Shown: positions 53,096 through 63,452, numbered from the stretch's first letter. The stretch is DNA of 64,000 nt from Nannocystales bacterium (GCA_050633305.1 JBOEGF010000010.1:384001-448000), one strand, 5' to 3'. The notes: generated from the letters alone by a model not told the origin. Translations and numbers: made by a program.

Positions 53096-54526
53096 ATGTC
53101 GAAGCCACTGCCGCACAACAAGGAAGCCGAGGCCGCGGTTCTCGGCGCGATCCTCCTGCGCAACGAGAGTCTCAACGAGGTCGTCTCGATCCTCTTGCCC
53201 GAGGACTACTACGTGCCGGCCCACCAGGCCGTCTACAAGGCGATGACCAAGCTTGCCGACCGCGGCCAGCCCATCGATATCGTCACCCTTGATGCCCAGT
53301 TGCGGGGGACCGACGAGATCAGTCTCATCGGTGGTCTGGAAGGGTTGGGCAAACTGGCCGATCGCTATGCGACCAGCCACAACATCGTCCACCACGCGGA
53401 GCTCATCCGGGACGCGTCCACCATTCGCAAGCTCGTGGTCACGTGTGCCGAGATTGCGGAGGAGGGTCGCAACGAGGTCGAAGACGTTGGGCAGTACATC
53501 GACGAGGCCGAGCGGAAGTTGCTCGAGGTCAACCAGGCGGGGCGCAAGGGCAGCTACAAGTCGGCCAAGGACCTGATTCACGGCGTCTTCGAGGCGATCA
53601 CCGAGCGGGCCAAACTCAAGAACCCGATCACTGGTGTCCCGACCTCGTTCAAGAAGCTCGATGAGATGACCGGTGGCATGCAGCCGGGCGACTTGGTGAT
53701 TCTCGCGGCTCGTCCGTCGATGGGAAAGACGGCGCTCTCGCTCAACTTTGCGCAGCACGCCTGCATCGTCCAGGAGCACGACGTCAACAAGCCGGAGGCG
53801 GAGCGGCCGCCCAAGTTCCCGGTGCTGTATTTCTCCCTCGAGATGGGTGCCAACCAGCTCATCGAGCGGATCCTCTGCAGCGAGGCCCGCATCGATGCAG
53901 GGAAGCTGCGGGCGGGTCGATTGGTCGAGCAGGAGTTTGCCGCGCTCGTGCGTGCGGCCGACCGCGTCTACAAGGCGCCGTTGTTCATCGACGACTCCGC
54001 TGCACCGACGATCCTCGAGATCCGCGCTCGCTCTCGCCGGTTCCGCCAGGACAAGAGCTTATTCCCCCCCCCAGAGGAAGGGAGCAACCGCAAGCCATTG
54101 GGCATGATCGTCGTCGATTATCTGCAGCTGGCCCGTGGGGGAAAGGGCAAGTACGACATCCGCGAGCAGGAGATTTCCGAGATCTCGCGAGGCCTCAAGG
54201 CCATCGCCAAGGAACTCGAAGTTCCAGTCATCGCGCTCTCTCAGCTCAACCGCGGTGTCGACAGCCGAGCGGATCACCGCCCGATGCTTTCCGACCTCCG
54301 GGAGTCGGGCGCCATCGAGCAGGACGCGGACATCATCATGTTCATCTATCGCGAGGCGCGGTACGTGACCGACGAGCAGAAGCGCAAGGAGATCGAGCGC
54401 GATGCCGAGGTGATCATCGGCAAACAGCGAAACGGCCCGTGTGGGACCGTGCACCTCTCCTTCATCGGTGAGCACACCCGATTTGAGAACCCCGCGTTTG
54501 GGGGCAACGGTCCTCCGGGGGGTTGA
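53096..54526 (+). CDS. dnaB: Replicative DNA helicase
   Basis: PH..EAE.AVLG, AARPSMGKT, FSLEM, VDYLQL, SQLNR, SDLRESGAIEQDAD, KQRNGP. Confidence 0.98.
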   Translation: MSKPLPHNKEAEAAVLGAILLRNESLNEVVSILLPEDYYVPAHQAVYKAMTKLADRGQPIDIVTLDAQLRGTDEISLIGGLEGLGKLADRYATSHNIVHHAELIRDASTIRKLVVTCAEIAEEGRNEVEDVGQYIDEAERKLLEVNQAGRKGSYKSAKDLIHGVFEAITERAKLKNPITGVPTSFKKLDEMTGGMQPGDLVILAARPSMGKTALSLNFAQHACIVQEHDVNKPEAERPPKFPVLYFSLEMGANQLIERILCSEARIDAGKLRAGRLVEQEFAALVRAADRVYKAPLFIDDSAAPTILEIRARSRRFRQDKSLFPPPEEGSNRKPLGMIVVDYLQLARGGKGKYDIREQEISEISRGLKAIAKELEVPVIALSQLNRGVDSRADHRPMLSDLRESGAIEQDADIIMFIYREARYVTDEQKRKEIERDAEVIIGKQRNGPCGTVHLSFIGEHTRFENPAFGGNGPPGG

Positions 54527-54679
54527 GCGGGATTCGCTCGAACCTGCGCCCAGCGCAGCCAGGAGCGCACCGAAACCAGTTGCGCAAGACACGCTGCCCT
54601 CGGGGTGGAACGCCTGTTCATCTACACCATGCGTTTCGTGGCAGTCGACGGCGCTCCCGTGATAAACCCTGGCCGTACG

Positions 54680-55705
54680 ATGGCGGCACCGCCGGAAAGC
54701 ATCGGCCAGTTCTCAGTGGTCGGACTGCTCGGCAAGGGAGCGATGGGGGAGGTCTACGAGGGCCTCGACTCAGCCCTTGGCCGGCGAGTTGCGATCAAGA
54801 TCCTAGGTGCAAAGCATCGGGAGTCGACCGAGTTCAAGACCCGCTTCCTTCGCGAGGGCCGGTCGCTGGCGGCGATGAACCACGCCAACATCGTGCAGAT
54901 CTACGCGATCGGCGAGCACGAAGGCCGTCCTTTCTTGGCGATGGAGTTTCTCGACGGCGAAGACCTCGGCGCCGCGCTCAAGAAACGTGGACCGCTTCAT
55001 CCCGCCGACGCGGCGGAGGGCATTCGCCAGGCCGCGGTCGGCTTGCGAGAGGCGAAGCGGGCTGGGGTTGTCCACCGGGACGTCAAACCCTCGAACCTGG
55101 TCGTCACCAGTCAGGGCGCGGTGAAGGTCACCGACTTCGGCCTGGCCAAGGCGTTGCAGGAAGACCTTTCGATCACGGCAACCGGTGTGTTCGTCGGAAC
55201 GCCGGACTACCTGGCACCCGAGCAGGCGATGGGCGATGAAGTCGATTCTCGCGCCGACGTGTACGCTTTGGGATGCTCCTTGTTCCACATGTGCAGCGGG
55301 CATCCCCCGTTCCGCAAGGGTGGGCACGACGACCACTACACCGCTGTGGTCCGTCGGCACCTCAAGTCCGAGCGACCCCAACTCAAGCTCGAGGTCGCAG
55401 CGTTCGACACTCCGCTGTCGGACCTTTGTCGTCGCATGATGAGTCGGCGCCCCGACGTGCGCCCCACGTTCGATGAGCTCGTCGACAAGCTTGGGGAGTT
55501 CTCCCAGAAGAACGGCGGTCGTATCCCGCCGCGTCACCAGGATGTCGAACTCCTCGAAGCGACAAAAGCCTCTCCGGCCGAGTTGGTCGAGACCAACGAC
55601 ATCGCGCCAGCACCTCAGCGCAGCAAGACGGTCGCAATCGCGGTCGCTGCAGGCATCGCCATTGGCGTAGGTGTATCGGCGGCGGTGATCATGGCGCTGC
55701 GGTGA
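54680..55705 (+). CDS. Ser/Thr protein kinase with C-terminal TM anchor
   Basis: LGKGAMGEVY, VAIKIL, HRDVKPSN, DFGLAK, GTPDYLAPEQ. Confidence 0.95.
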   Translation: MAAPPESIGQFSVVGLLGKGAMGEVYEGLDSALGRRVAIKILGAKHRESTEFKTRFLREGRSLAAMNHANIVQIYAIGEHEGRPFLAMEFLDGEDLGAALKKRGPLHPADAAEGIRQAAVGLREAKRAGVVHRDVKPSNLVVTSQGAVKVTDFGLAKALQEDLSITATGVFVGTPDYLAPEQAMGDEVDSRADVYALGCSLFHMCSGHPPFRKGGHDDHYTAVVRRHLKSERPQLKLEVAAFDTPLSDLCRRMMSRRPDVRPTFDELVDKLGEFSQKNGGRIPPRHQDVELLEATKASPAELVETNDIAPAPQRSKTVAIAVAAGIAIGVGVSAAVIMALR

Positions 55706-56811
55706 CCGAAAGAGCGCCCAGGCCCGAACGCATTGCAGCCGCAGCGCGAGCCCTCGGCTCCGAGCTGCGCGACCTGGTGACCTTGTATGCCGATGCGGTC
55801 GGGGCGAACCTCGCGGATCAGGCGCAGATGGTCGCTTGGGATCGCGAGCAGCTGATCGGCCAAGTCCAGCAGCGGCTCGACGGGCTCCGCGGGCAACGGT
55901 TTCGCGAGCTCGGGGACACCAACGTCCGCATCATCGAGCGCGCGGGCCAGCCGTTGGAGAGTCTGGAGCTGGTTTGGACGAACCTGCGCCAAGGACGACG
56001 CGTGAAGCTCGAGTGGGAAGAAGGCGCCTGTGCCGTCGTTCCGACGCTGCTGCGTCCGTTGGCCCGGGTGCTTCGAAGCACCGTGGGCGCGGAGGTGCTG
56101 CATATCTCCGAGACCCCATGGGCTGCGGGCGATCAGGAACCTTCCGCGTCGCAGATGGCCTTCAAGGTGGCGCATGACAACCCGGACGATCCCCGCCGAT
56201 GGCCGATCGTGGGCGTCCGACGTCCGGGTCCGCGGGTCGCGGTTGTCGAATCCTCGGCCGACCGGGAGCTGGCCGCGTATGTGTTGGCACGGACCAGTCT
56301 ACGGCGCTCGGGGACCGACCCGCGCAGCGTGAAGCGGGCGTACGTCGTGGATGCGGAGGAGCGGTTCCTACGGCATCTCAAGCGGGTTTGGGTTGGGGCC
56401 GTGATGGGCCCGCCCGACGATCCTTTCTCGTTTGCAGGCCCCGTGACGCCGGGGATGCGCGAGGCTTTTCTCGACGCGCACCGAGCTTGGGAGCGGCAGC
56501 CCGGTGCCGATGTGTTGGTTGCCGGCGGTGACTTGGCCCGCTCCGGGGCCCCGGGTTGCTACTTGGCGCCCGCCCTGTTCGCCTGCGACTGGCCTGTTCC
56601 TGATGTGCCGCTCGCGGGCCCGATGATGGTCGTCGTGCGCTCCCGAATCGATCAAGCTCGCGCGGCCGCCGAAGCTGCGACGCGTGAGGGCGGACAAGCC
56701 GTGGTCGTGGGTGCCTCGAGGACTCGCTACCCCGGGGAAGTTCGCCATATTCGCGGAGCTCTGCTCGTCGAGCGCTTGCCACCCGGTCTGCCTGATCCCC
56801 GCCCCGTTTGA
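55702..56811 (+). CDS. Degenerate aldehyde-dehydrogenase-fold protein (probable pseudoenzyme)
   Basis: GTGA overlap with the kinase; V...AD.ELAA, G.P.DP....GP, GA.VL..GG......G.YL.P.L, L.GP match ALDH spacing, but ELGG and GQxC are absent. Confidence 0.65.
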   Translation: MTERAPRPERIAAAARALGSELRDLVTLYADAVGANLADQAQMVAWDREQLIGQVQQRLDGLRGQRFRELGDTNVRIIERAGQPLESLELVWTNLRQGRRVKLEWEEGACAVVPTLLRPLARVLRSTVGAEVLHISETPWAAGDQEPSASQMAFKVAHDNPDDPRRWPIVGVRRPGPRVAVVESSADRELAAYVLARTSLRRSGTDPRSVKRAYVVDAEERFLRHLKRVWVGAVMGPPDDPFSFAGPVTPGMREAFLDAHRAWERQPGADVLVAGGDLARSGAPGCYLAPALFACDWPVPDVPLAGPMMVVVRSRIDQARAAAEAATREGGQAVVVGASRTRYPGEVRHIRGALLVERLPPGLPDPRPV

Positions 56812-56944
56812 ACGCGTCGCGACGGTGCCGTCGGTGACATTGTGCCGGAGGTCATCGACGACGCTTCGCCGGCTGCTTGGATTGTCCGACTCGTCGTGAC
56901 GCGGCGGAGCCCATCCCGCTTCGAGTAGCGGTACGGTACCGCTC

Positions 56945-57745
56945 ATGCGGCGCTTTTCCCTTGGATGTGTACTGACGGTTGGACTCTTCGTTGGATGCGG
57001 GGACGATGGAGGCTCGGAGACGGGGACCTCCGAGGGGGCGGGTACCTCGGGATCCACCGGCGGGCCGACGAGTTCTCCGACCTCGATGTCGACGAGCGGG
57101 CCGGGGACCTCCGGAGTGGAGACCGGTTCGTCAACCGTCGCCCCAAGCTCCACGGGTACCGGTGACTCATCGTCGAGCAGCGGAGGCGGGCAAGGCACAG
57201 ACGATGGTTCGGAGAGCAGCAGCACCGGGGGCGACGGGGTTGGCCTGCTCCAAAACGACATGTGGCGCGACGGAGGTCAGACGTCGGTACAAGGTGGCTT
57301 CGCGTCGGGAGAGTGTTGGGCCTCGACCTACGTTCCCGAGGCGACGGACTACCCCTTTCGTGTGCGCGGGCTTCAAGCCCTGATCAGTGGTGATGTGGAG
57401 GGGGTCACCGAGGCTTTTGACGTCAGTGTGTGGTCCGTCGACGACGAACTGCGGCCTCTCGCGGAGCTGGGAACCGCCGCTGCCGAGTTCACAGCATCCA
57501 ACGATGCGTTCAACAGCGCGGAGTTCGACCTTCTGTCGATCGACGACATCATTCTCGACGAGGGGGCGTTCGCGATCTCGATGTGCTTGGTCGATCATGA
57601 CGGCTTCCCTGCCATCGCCACTGACGTGGGCCAGGAGCTCATCGCCGACCGAAACTGGCTGTTTACCGGCGGGGCCTGGACCCCCTCGGGCGACTTCGGC
57701 CTGACCGGAAACTGGATCATGCGAGCGATCATCGAGCCCCAGTAG
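56945..57745 (+). CDS. Ser/Thr/Gly-linker lipoprotein, unknown function
   Basis: LFVG-C lipobox, low-complexity linker, globular C-terminal domain ending GNWIMRA. Confidence 0.8.
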   Translation: MRRFSLGCVLTVGLFVGCGDDGGSETGTSEGAGTSGSTGGPTSSPTSMSTSGPGTSGVETGSSTVAPSSTGTGDSSSSSGGGQGTDDGSESSSTGGDGVGLLQNDMWRDGGQTSVQGGFASGECWASTYVPEATDYPFRVRGLQALISGDVEGVTEAFDVSVWSVDDELRPLAELGTAAAEFTASNDAFNSAEFDLLSIDDIILDEGAFAISMCLVDHDGFPAIATDVGQELIADRNWLFTGGAWTPSGDFGLTGNWIMRAIIEPQ

Positions 57746-57777
57746 GGCCGGGACCGATCGCATTTTCCCAACGCACG

Positions 57778-57808
57778 AAAAAAGAGGGCCGGCAAATGCC
57801 GACCCTCT
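57778..57808 (-). terminator. Intrinsic terminator for the minus-strand lipoprotein gene
   Basis: AAAAAAGAGGGCCGGCA-AA-TGCCGACCCTCT; the A-run gives a U-tract on the minus strand. Confidence 0.65.
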
Positions 57809-57842
57809 GTTGCGCTGAGCGAGCTCGAAGGAGCCTGCGAGT

Positions 57843-59045
57843 TTACAGGCCGGGGACGAGGTCGTCGCAGCCGACGGCTCGAGCGCAGCCCGAGCAGATC
57901 GTCAGGTTTCCGCGCTCTGCTCGGTCCTGGGTCGGGCCGTTGCCAACTCCGGCGAAGTCGTTCGGGTCTTCGGTCGCGAGAATCACGAGGCACTCCGCGG
58001 AGTTCATCGAGATGTTGTAGCCCGCGCCCTCGGTCGCCATATCGCCCGGGAAGTTGATCGAGCCCTGGTTTTCGTTGGGCTTCTGCCCAAGGTCGATGCC
58101 CTCGGCGAGCCGGACCTGGCCTGCGCTGTCGTCAACTCTGGCCTCGCACAACGCGCCGTCTTCGTCGTTGCCCGGCGTGTTGTCTCCGTCGTTTCGCAGC
58201 AGGTATCCAACCCAGAAGTCGGAGGCGCTGGGGATGTCGACGATGCCGTCTGCTGCCTGACCATCGTTGGAGGTGATCTTGACCTGTCCGAACTCGAGGT
58301 CGGCTGCAAGGCAGGGACAGTCAGAGGCCCAGCCGGCGGCTTCGCAGGTCTCGACATCGGCCGCGGCACAAAGCGGGCTGATGGAGCTGTTCTCGTCGAC
58401 AATGACCCAGGCGGTACCGTTGCTGAGCGTGATGTCGGCCGAACCGGGGAGGTTCTCCACGCACACGTTGCCTCGGTTTTGGTAGTCCGAGTCGGCGAGG
58501 TTGTCGTCGGTCGAGATCTGGAGGTCGAAGATGAAGTCGCGAGGCAGCGTCACGCGAAGGTCCGCACCGGAGCGGTCAACCTGCACCTGTCCGTCGTAGA
58601 AGACCGCGATCTGGCAGTCGTCTTGCCAGGGTTGCACGCCGGTCGGGTCGACGCAGTTGTCCTCAGGGTCCAAGGTGAAGGGCCGGGCCGGGAGAGTCGC
58701 GGTGGAGCCCCAGATCGAGAGCTTGGCGAAGTCTTCCTCGGCGAGCGCTTGGCTTTCCACCTGGGTGAACTTCCGCATCTCGACGGTGATCCGAGAGACG
58801 TCGGCGTATTGAACGATGACGTCGCCCCGGTTGTTGAAGTTGTCACCGCCGTCGTCCCCGATCCTCACGGTCTGGATCTCGATGGTGCCGTCTTCGGCAT
58901 AGATGTTGAAGGGCTGGTCGATGACCGTCTCCCACTCGCCCCGGAAGGGCTGGGCAACACCGGTGGAGTTGTCGGCGGGGTTGCAGCTCGCCAGCCCGGT
59001 GAGGGTGGCGGCGGCGAGCATCATCATGAGAAAAGAGCGCTTCAT
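57843..59045 (-). CDS. Acidic Cys-containing lipoprotein, unknown function
   Basis: MKRSFLMMMLAAATLTGLAS-C lipobox, GGAG RBS; strongly GC3-biased codons. Confidence 0.8.
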   Translation of the reverse strand: MKRSFLMMMLAAATLTGLASCNPADNSTGVAQPFRGEWETVIDQPFNIYAEDGTIEIQTVRIGDDGGDNFNNRGDVIVQYADVSRITVEMRKFTQVESQALAEEDFAKLSIWGSTATLPARPFTLDPEDNCVDPTGVQPWQDDCQIAVFYDGQVQVDRSGADLRVTLPRDFIFDLQISTDDNLADSDYQNRGNVCVENLPGSADITLSNGTAWVIVDENSSISPLCAAADVETCEAAGWASDCPCLAADLEFGQVKITSNDGQAADGIVDIPSASDFWVGYLLRNDGDNTPGNDEDGALCEARVDDSAGQVRLAEGIDLGQKPNENQGSINFPGDMATEGAGYNISMNSAECLVILATEDPNDFAGVGNGPTQDRAERGNLTICSGCARAVGCDDLVPGL

Positions 59046-59215
59046 ATCGTTCTCCGAGGACTGACGCGGAGCATATACCCGCGTCTAGGGGGCAGCAATG
59101 ACGCCGGGACCAGGTCCCGGGCGGGATAGGGCCAGCTGGCGTGTGTGGAGACGCAAGGCGCCGGATAGCGGGTGTTTGCGCCATACCCTACTCTTCGGGG
59201 CCACGGAGCAAAGCG

Positions 59216-62200
59216 ATGTCCGACCACGCAGCAACGTCCACGCTGAAGGCGCCTCCGGCGAGCTTCGACCTCCCGGCCCTTGAGGAGAGCATTCTCCATT
59301 TCTGGCAAACCAACGACGTCGAGGCTCGGAGCTTACGCCAAGGAGCCGAAGCAGCCACGGGGGACGGCAAGACCTCGTTCGCCTTCTACGACGGCCCACC
59401 GTTCGCGACCGGCCTTCCGCACTACGGCCACCTGCTCGCAGGCACGATCAAGGACGTTGTCCCCAGGTATCAGGCCATGCGTGGCCGCCCCGTTGAACGG
59501 CGGTTCGGGTGGGACTGCCACGGTCTGCCGATCGAGAGCCTGGTCGAAAACGAACTGGGGGTTCACGGCAGCGCCGACATCGAGGCGTACGGCATCGAGA
59601 AATTCAACGCGGCCTGCCGGGCGGGCGTGCTCCGCTACACGAAAGAGTGGGAGCTCGCGGTCCGGCGTATGGGACGGTGGATCGATTTCGAGAACGACTA
59701 CAAGACCATGGACGCGTCGTTCATGGAGACGGTGTGGTGGGTCTTCCGTCAGCTGTGGGACAAGGGCTTCATCTACGAAGGCCACCGAGTGCAGCCCGTG
59801 TCTCCGGCTCTGGGAACTCCGCTGTCGAACTTCGAGGTCGCGCAGGGACCCCAAGAGAAGGACCCGGTCACCCGCAAAGAGGGCCATCGCCGTCGACAAG
59901 ACCCGTCGCTCACCGTGCGGTTCAAGCTCGAGGACGAAGACGTGTACCTGTGGGCGTGGACGACCACGCCGTGGACCCTCCCCAGCAACCTCGCCCTCGC
60001 GGTCCATCCCGACCTCGAGTACGTGAAGTTCGAGGTCGTGGAGACCGGCGAGATCGCGATCGCCGAGCCGGGCCGGCTCGCCGACTACCAAGAGAAGGGT
60101 AAGGTCGGAGAGACGAAGGAACTCGCGCGTCTCAAGGGGTCCGAGTTGGTCGGTCGGCCCTACGCGCCTTTGCTCCCGTATTTCGAGTCGTACCGCCTCA
60201 AGGAGGACGGCTCGCGTTGGGCGTTCAAGGTCGTGGGGGCGGACTACGTCACCACCGACAGCGGCACCGGTGTTGTGCACCAGGCCCCCGCGTTCGGCGA
60301 GGACGACTATCAGATCGGCGTGAAAGAAGGTTTGCCGCTGGTCCGCCCGCTCGACCTCGCGGGCAAGTTCTCCCAAGCGGTCCCAGACTTTGCAGGGCAG
60401 CACGCCAAGGACGCGGACAAGGGCATCATGGCGATGCTCAAAGACCGGGGCAGCGTCGTCGACCAAGACGTCTACGTCCACCCCTACCCGCACTGCTACC
60501 GGACCGAAGAGCCCCTGCTCTACATGGCGCTCTCCACCTGGTTCATGAAGGTGGAGGAGATGCGCGATACCTTGGTCGCGCACAACGAGAAGATCCACTG
60601 GGTGCCCGGTCACGTTGGCAAGGGCCGCTTTGGCAACTGGCTGGGAGGCGCCCGGGACTGGAACCTCGCGCGCAACCGCTTCTGGGGCACACCCCTTCCG
60701 ATCTGGCGCTGCGACACCGACCCCTCCGACATGCACTGCATCGGCTCGGTCGGCGAGCTCGAGGAACTCGCCGGGCTGGAGAAGGGCTCCGTGCTGGACC
60801 TGCACCGCGAGAGCGTCGACAGCATCACCTGGGCGAGCAAGGCCGGCGGCCTCATGCGACGTGTACCCGAGGTGTTCGACTGCTGGTTCGAGTCCGGCAG
60901 CATGCCCTACGCGCAGAACCACTACCCGTTCGATCCCGCGAAGAAGGGCTACGTCGAAAACAACCTCCCGGCGGACTTCATCGCCGAGGGGCTCGACCAG
61001 ACCCGCGGCTGGTTCTACACGCTGCACGTCCTCGCCACCGCGCTCTTCGATCGGCCCGCGTTCAAGAACGTGATCGTCAACGGACTGGTGCTTGCCGAGG
61101 ACGGCAAGAAAATGTCCAAACGGCTGAAGAACTACCCTGACCCGACGGAGGTGATGGAGAAGTATGGAGCCGACGCGCTGCGGGCCTACTTGATCAACTC
61201 CGCCGTCGTGCGAGCCGAGCCCATGCGCTTCGCCGAGAAGGGCGTTCGCGACACCGTGCGCACCGTCGTCCTGCCACTGTGGAACGCCTACAAGTTCCTC
61301 AGCACCTATGCGTTGGCGGATGGCTGGTCGCCGACCAAAGCCGACCTCGAACTCCGTCCGCAAGGCACGGCGGACCGTTGGATCCTCAGCCGGGTACAGT
61401 CATTCCTCGCCGATCTCGTTTCCGAATACGACGACTACGCCCTGTCAAATGTCGTTCCGGCGTTTCACCGGATCTGCGACGACCTCAACAACTGGTACAT
61501 CCGCCGCGGTCGGAGGCGATACTGGCGGTCCAAGGAAGAAGGCGCTGAGGCGGAGCGCGACAAGGCGGAGGCCTACGGCACGTTGTTCCGCGTGCTGCAG
61601 ACCGTCTCGGCCGCGATCGCTCCGGTGATGCCGTTCTTCTCGGAGTGGATGTACCAACGGCTCGTGGTCGAAACCGGGCTTTCCGACGCCGATAGTGTGC
61701 ATCTGAGTGCCTTCCCGCTCCCCGACGCGTCATTGCGCGACGAGGCTCTCGAGGTCGAGGTCGCGGCGGTTCGTCAGGCGGTCAACCTGGGGCTCGCCAT
61801 TCGCGAACGCGAGAAGATCGGTGTGCGGCGTCCCTTGGGCACGCTGACCGTCGCATCCGTGGACGAGGCGGTGCGGGTCGCGGTGAAGGCACACGCCGAT
61901 GACCTGTTGTCCGAGCTCAACATCAAGGCGCTCGAAGTCGTCGCGGACGATGGGGGACTGGTCACGCTCAAGGCGAAGGCCAACTTCAAGGTTCTGGGTC
62001 GGAAGCTTGGCAAGCGGATGAAGGCCGTCGCAGGTGCCGTCGCAGCCCTGAGCCCGGAGCAGGTGCAAGCGTTTGTTCGTGAAGGCTCCATCGCGCTCGA
62101 GGGCGAGACCCTCTCGCCCGAGGACATCCTGATCGAGCGGGAGGTTGCGGGGGGTCAGTCGGCGGAAGCCGCCGATGGGATGACCGTGTTGCTCGACACC

Positions 62201-62500
62201 GAGGTCACCGACGCGCTGCGCCTGGAAGGGCTCGCGCGGGAGGTCATCAGTCGGGTTCAGAACCTGCGCAAGGCCGCGGATCTCGACGTCAGCCAAACCG
62301 TCGAACTCGTATTGGCGTGCGATGGGGCCTTGGCCGATGTTGCACAGGACGCTGGGCTGGTCGAGTTGATCCAGGCGGAGACACTGGCAAGCACGCTGAG
62401 CCATCAAGCGCACACCGAGCCGGGCAGTCTGGGCACCGAACATCACGCTGCGGACAAGATCGACGGCGAGAAGCTGTCGGTCGGACTCCGCGTGTCCTGA
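59216..62500 (+). CDS. ileS: Isoleucine--tRNA ligase, type 2 (IleRS2)
   Basis: DGPPFATGLPHYGH, GWDCHGLP, WTTTPWTLP, DCWFESGSMP, EGLDQTRGWF, KMSKR; long C-terminus with EGLARE and no C-terminal Zn finger. Confidence 0.97.
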   Translation: MSDHAATSTLKAPPASFDLPALEESILHFWQTNDVEARSLRQGAEAATGDGKTSFAFYDGPPFATGLPHYGHLLAGTIKDVVPRYQAMRGRPVERRFGWDCHGLPIESLVENELGVHGSADIEAYGIEKFNAACRAGVLRYTKEWELAVRRMGRWIDFENDYKTMDASFMETVWWVFRQLWDKGFIYEGHRVQPVSPALGTPLSNFEVAQGPQEKDPVTRKEGHRRRQDPSLTVRFKLEDEDVYLWAWTTTPWTLPSNLALAVHPDLEYVKFEVVETGEIAIAEPGRLADYQEKGKVGETKELARLKGSELVGRPYAPLLPYFESYRLKEDGSRWAFKVVGADYVTTDSGTGVVHQAPAFGEDDYQIGVKEGLPLVRPLDLAGKFSQAVPDFAGQHAKDADKGIMAMLKDRGSVVDQDVYVHPYPHCYRTEEPLLYMALSTWFMKVEEMRDTLVAHNEKIHWVPGHVGKGRFGNWLGGARDWNLARNRFWGTPLPIWRCDTDPSDMHCIGSVGELEELAGLEKGSVLDLHRESVDSITWASKAGGLMRRVPEVFDCWFESGSMPYAQNHYPFDPAKKGYVENNLPADFIAEGLDQTRGWFYTLHVLATALFDRPAFKNVIVNGLVLAEDGKKMSKRLKNYPDPTEVMEKYGADALRAYLINSAVVRAEPMRFAEKGVRDTVRTVVLPLWNAYKFLSTYALADGWSPTKADLELRPQGTADRWILSRVQSFLADLVSEYDDYALSNVVPAFHRICDDLNNWYIRRGRRRYWRSKEEGAEAERDKAEAYGTLFRVLQTVSAAIAPVMPFFSEWMYQRLVVETGLSDADSVHLSAFPLPDASLRDEALEVEVAAVRQAVNLGLAIREREKIGVRRPLGTLTVASVDEAVRVAVKAHADDLLSELNIKALEVVADDGGLVTLKAKANFKVLGRKLGKRMKAVAGAVAALSPEQVQAFVREGSIALEGETLSPEDILIEREVAGGQSAEAADGMTVLLDTEVTDALRLEGLAREVISRVQNLRKAADLDVSQTVELVLACDGALADVAQDAGLVELIQAETLASTLSHQAHTEPGSLGTEHHAADKIDGEKLSVGLRVS

Positions 62501-62502
62501 TC

Positions 62503-63198
62503 ATGGCCAGCGACCCCAACGGGTTCCCGAGCCCCTGGAAGATCCCCATGCGCATCACCGCGGTCCTCGGGATCGTGGGGGTCGCGCTGTTGGTCGGGGC
62601 TGTGTTCGTCTCGGGCCCGGCGTTGGGGTTGATGGTTCCCGGTATTGCACTGACGGTCTTCATGGGAGGCGCGTGGGCGTTTGCCCGGTCGAGGGCGGCG
62701 CTGATCGAGTCCGACTTGCAACGGCTCCGTCGCGATGACGCAGTTGTTCGTTGGGAACTCGAGCCTCAGCAATGGGCGGACTTTGTTCGTGGCCGGCGTT
62801 TCCGGACCCGAGCCTGGTTGCTCGGCGGGACGGCCGGCATCTCGCTGGTGCCGGCGCTGCTCGTCGCGGTGTTGTTCGCAGGGCCGCCTCAAGCCCATGC
62901 CGCTGCCGGGTGGATCGGCGGGGGGCTTGGAGTTGTCTGGGCCTGCGCTCTGGTTGCCGTGGCCTTTGCGGGCCGGGCGAGCCGAACACCCCGGCCGGTC
63001 GTGTTTGCCCCGAAGCTGTGCGCGGTCGGGCGGACCGTGTTCGCATGGCCCAACGGCATCGCGATGATCAGTCTCGACGAGGCCGCCAAGACGTTGTGGA
63101 TCACGCGGAAGGGCGCGCTGTTCATGCCTGCGATGACGTTTGCCATTCCCGTCCCGTCGGACAGCCTCGCGCAGGCTCGGACGCTGCTGCCCTCGTGA
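62503..63198 (+). CDS. Hypothetical membrane protein
   Basis: ATG 2 nt after the ileS stop; four hydrophobic segments. Confidence 0.65.
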   Translation: MASDPNGFPSPWKIPMRITAVLGIVGVALLVGAVFVSGPALGLMVPGIALTVFMGGAWAFARSRAALIESDLQRLRRDDAVVRWELEPQQWADFVRGRRFRTRAWLLGGTAGISLVPALLVAVLFAGPPQAHAAAGWIGGGLGVVWACALVAVAFAGRASRTPRPVVFAPKLCAVGRTVFAWPNGIAMISLDEAAKTLWITRKGALFMPAMTFAIPVPSDSLAQARTLLPS

Positions 63199-63452
63199 GC
63201 CATCCGGGCGAAGAGCGATTCACAGCGCTCGTGGAGCGGGTGTGTCGGCAGGGCATGACCGACCCCGGGGACGAGCGGTGGCCCGCATTGCTCGGAGACA
63301 CGCGGACATCTGCTGCGTTCGTGGAATGGGCGACGTTCCACCCGAAATGGTGTCACGACGTGGCCGATGTCGCGGAACAGGTCTGCGCGAAGCCGCTCGA
63401 AGCCGCGGCTGCGATCCTCGCTGGCATCGCGGCGGAATCGCTCGAGGAGTAG
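63195..63452 (+). CDS. Small hypothetical protein
   Basis: GTGA overlap with the preceding gene; 85-aa ORF. Confidence 0.5.
   Translation: MSHPGEERFTALVERVCRQGMTDPGDERWPALLGDTRTSAAFVEWATFHPKWCHDVADVAEQVCAKPLEAAAAILAGIAAESLEE

Noticed and set aside
53096..54526. Intein in DnaB
   Set aside because: Normal length; only two short loop inserts and no intein splice motifs
52918..54611. 11-bp direct repeat CGGGGTGGAAC on both sides of dnaB
   Set aside because: Repeats of this length are expected by chance in 64 kb of GC-rich DNA; no consistent -10 element or mobility gene
59046..59215. T-box riboswitch upstream of ileS
   Set aside because: Short divergent intergenic region with no T-box consensus or terminator/antiterminator
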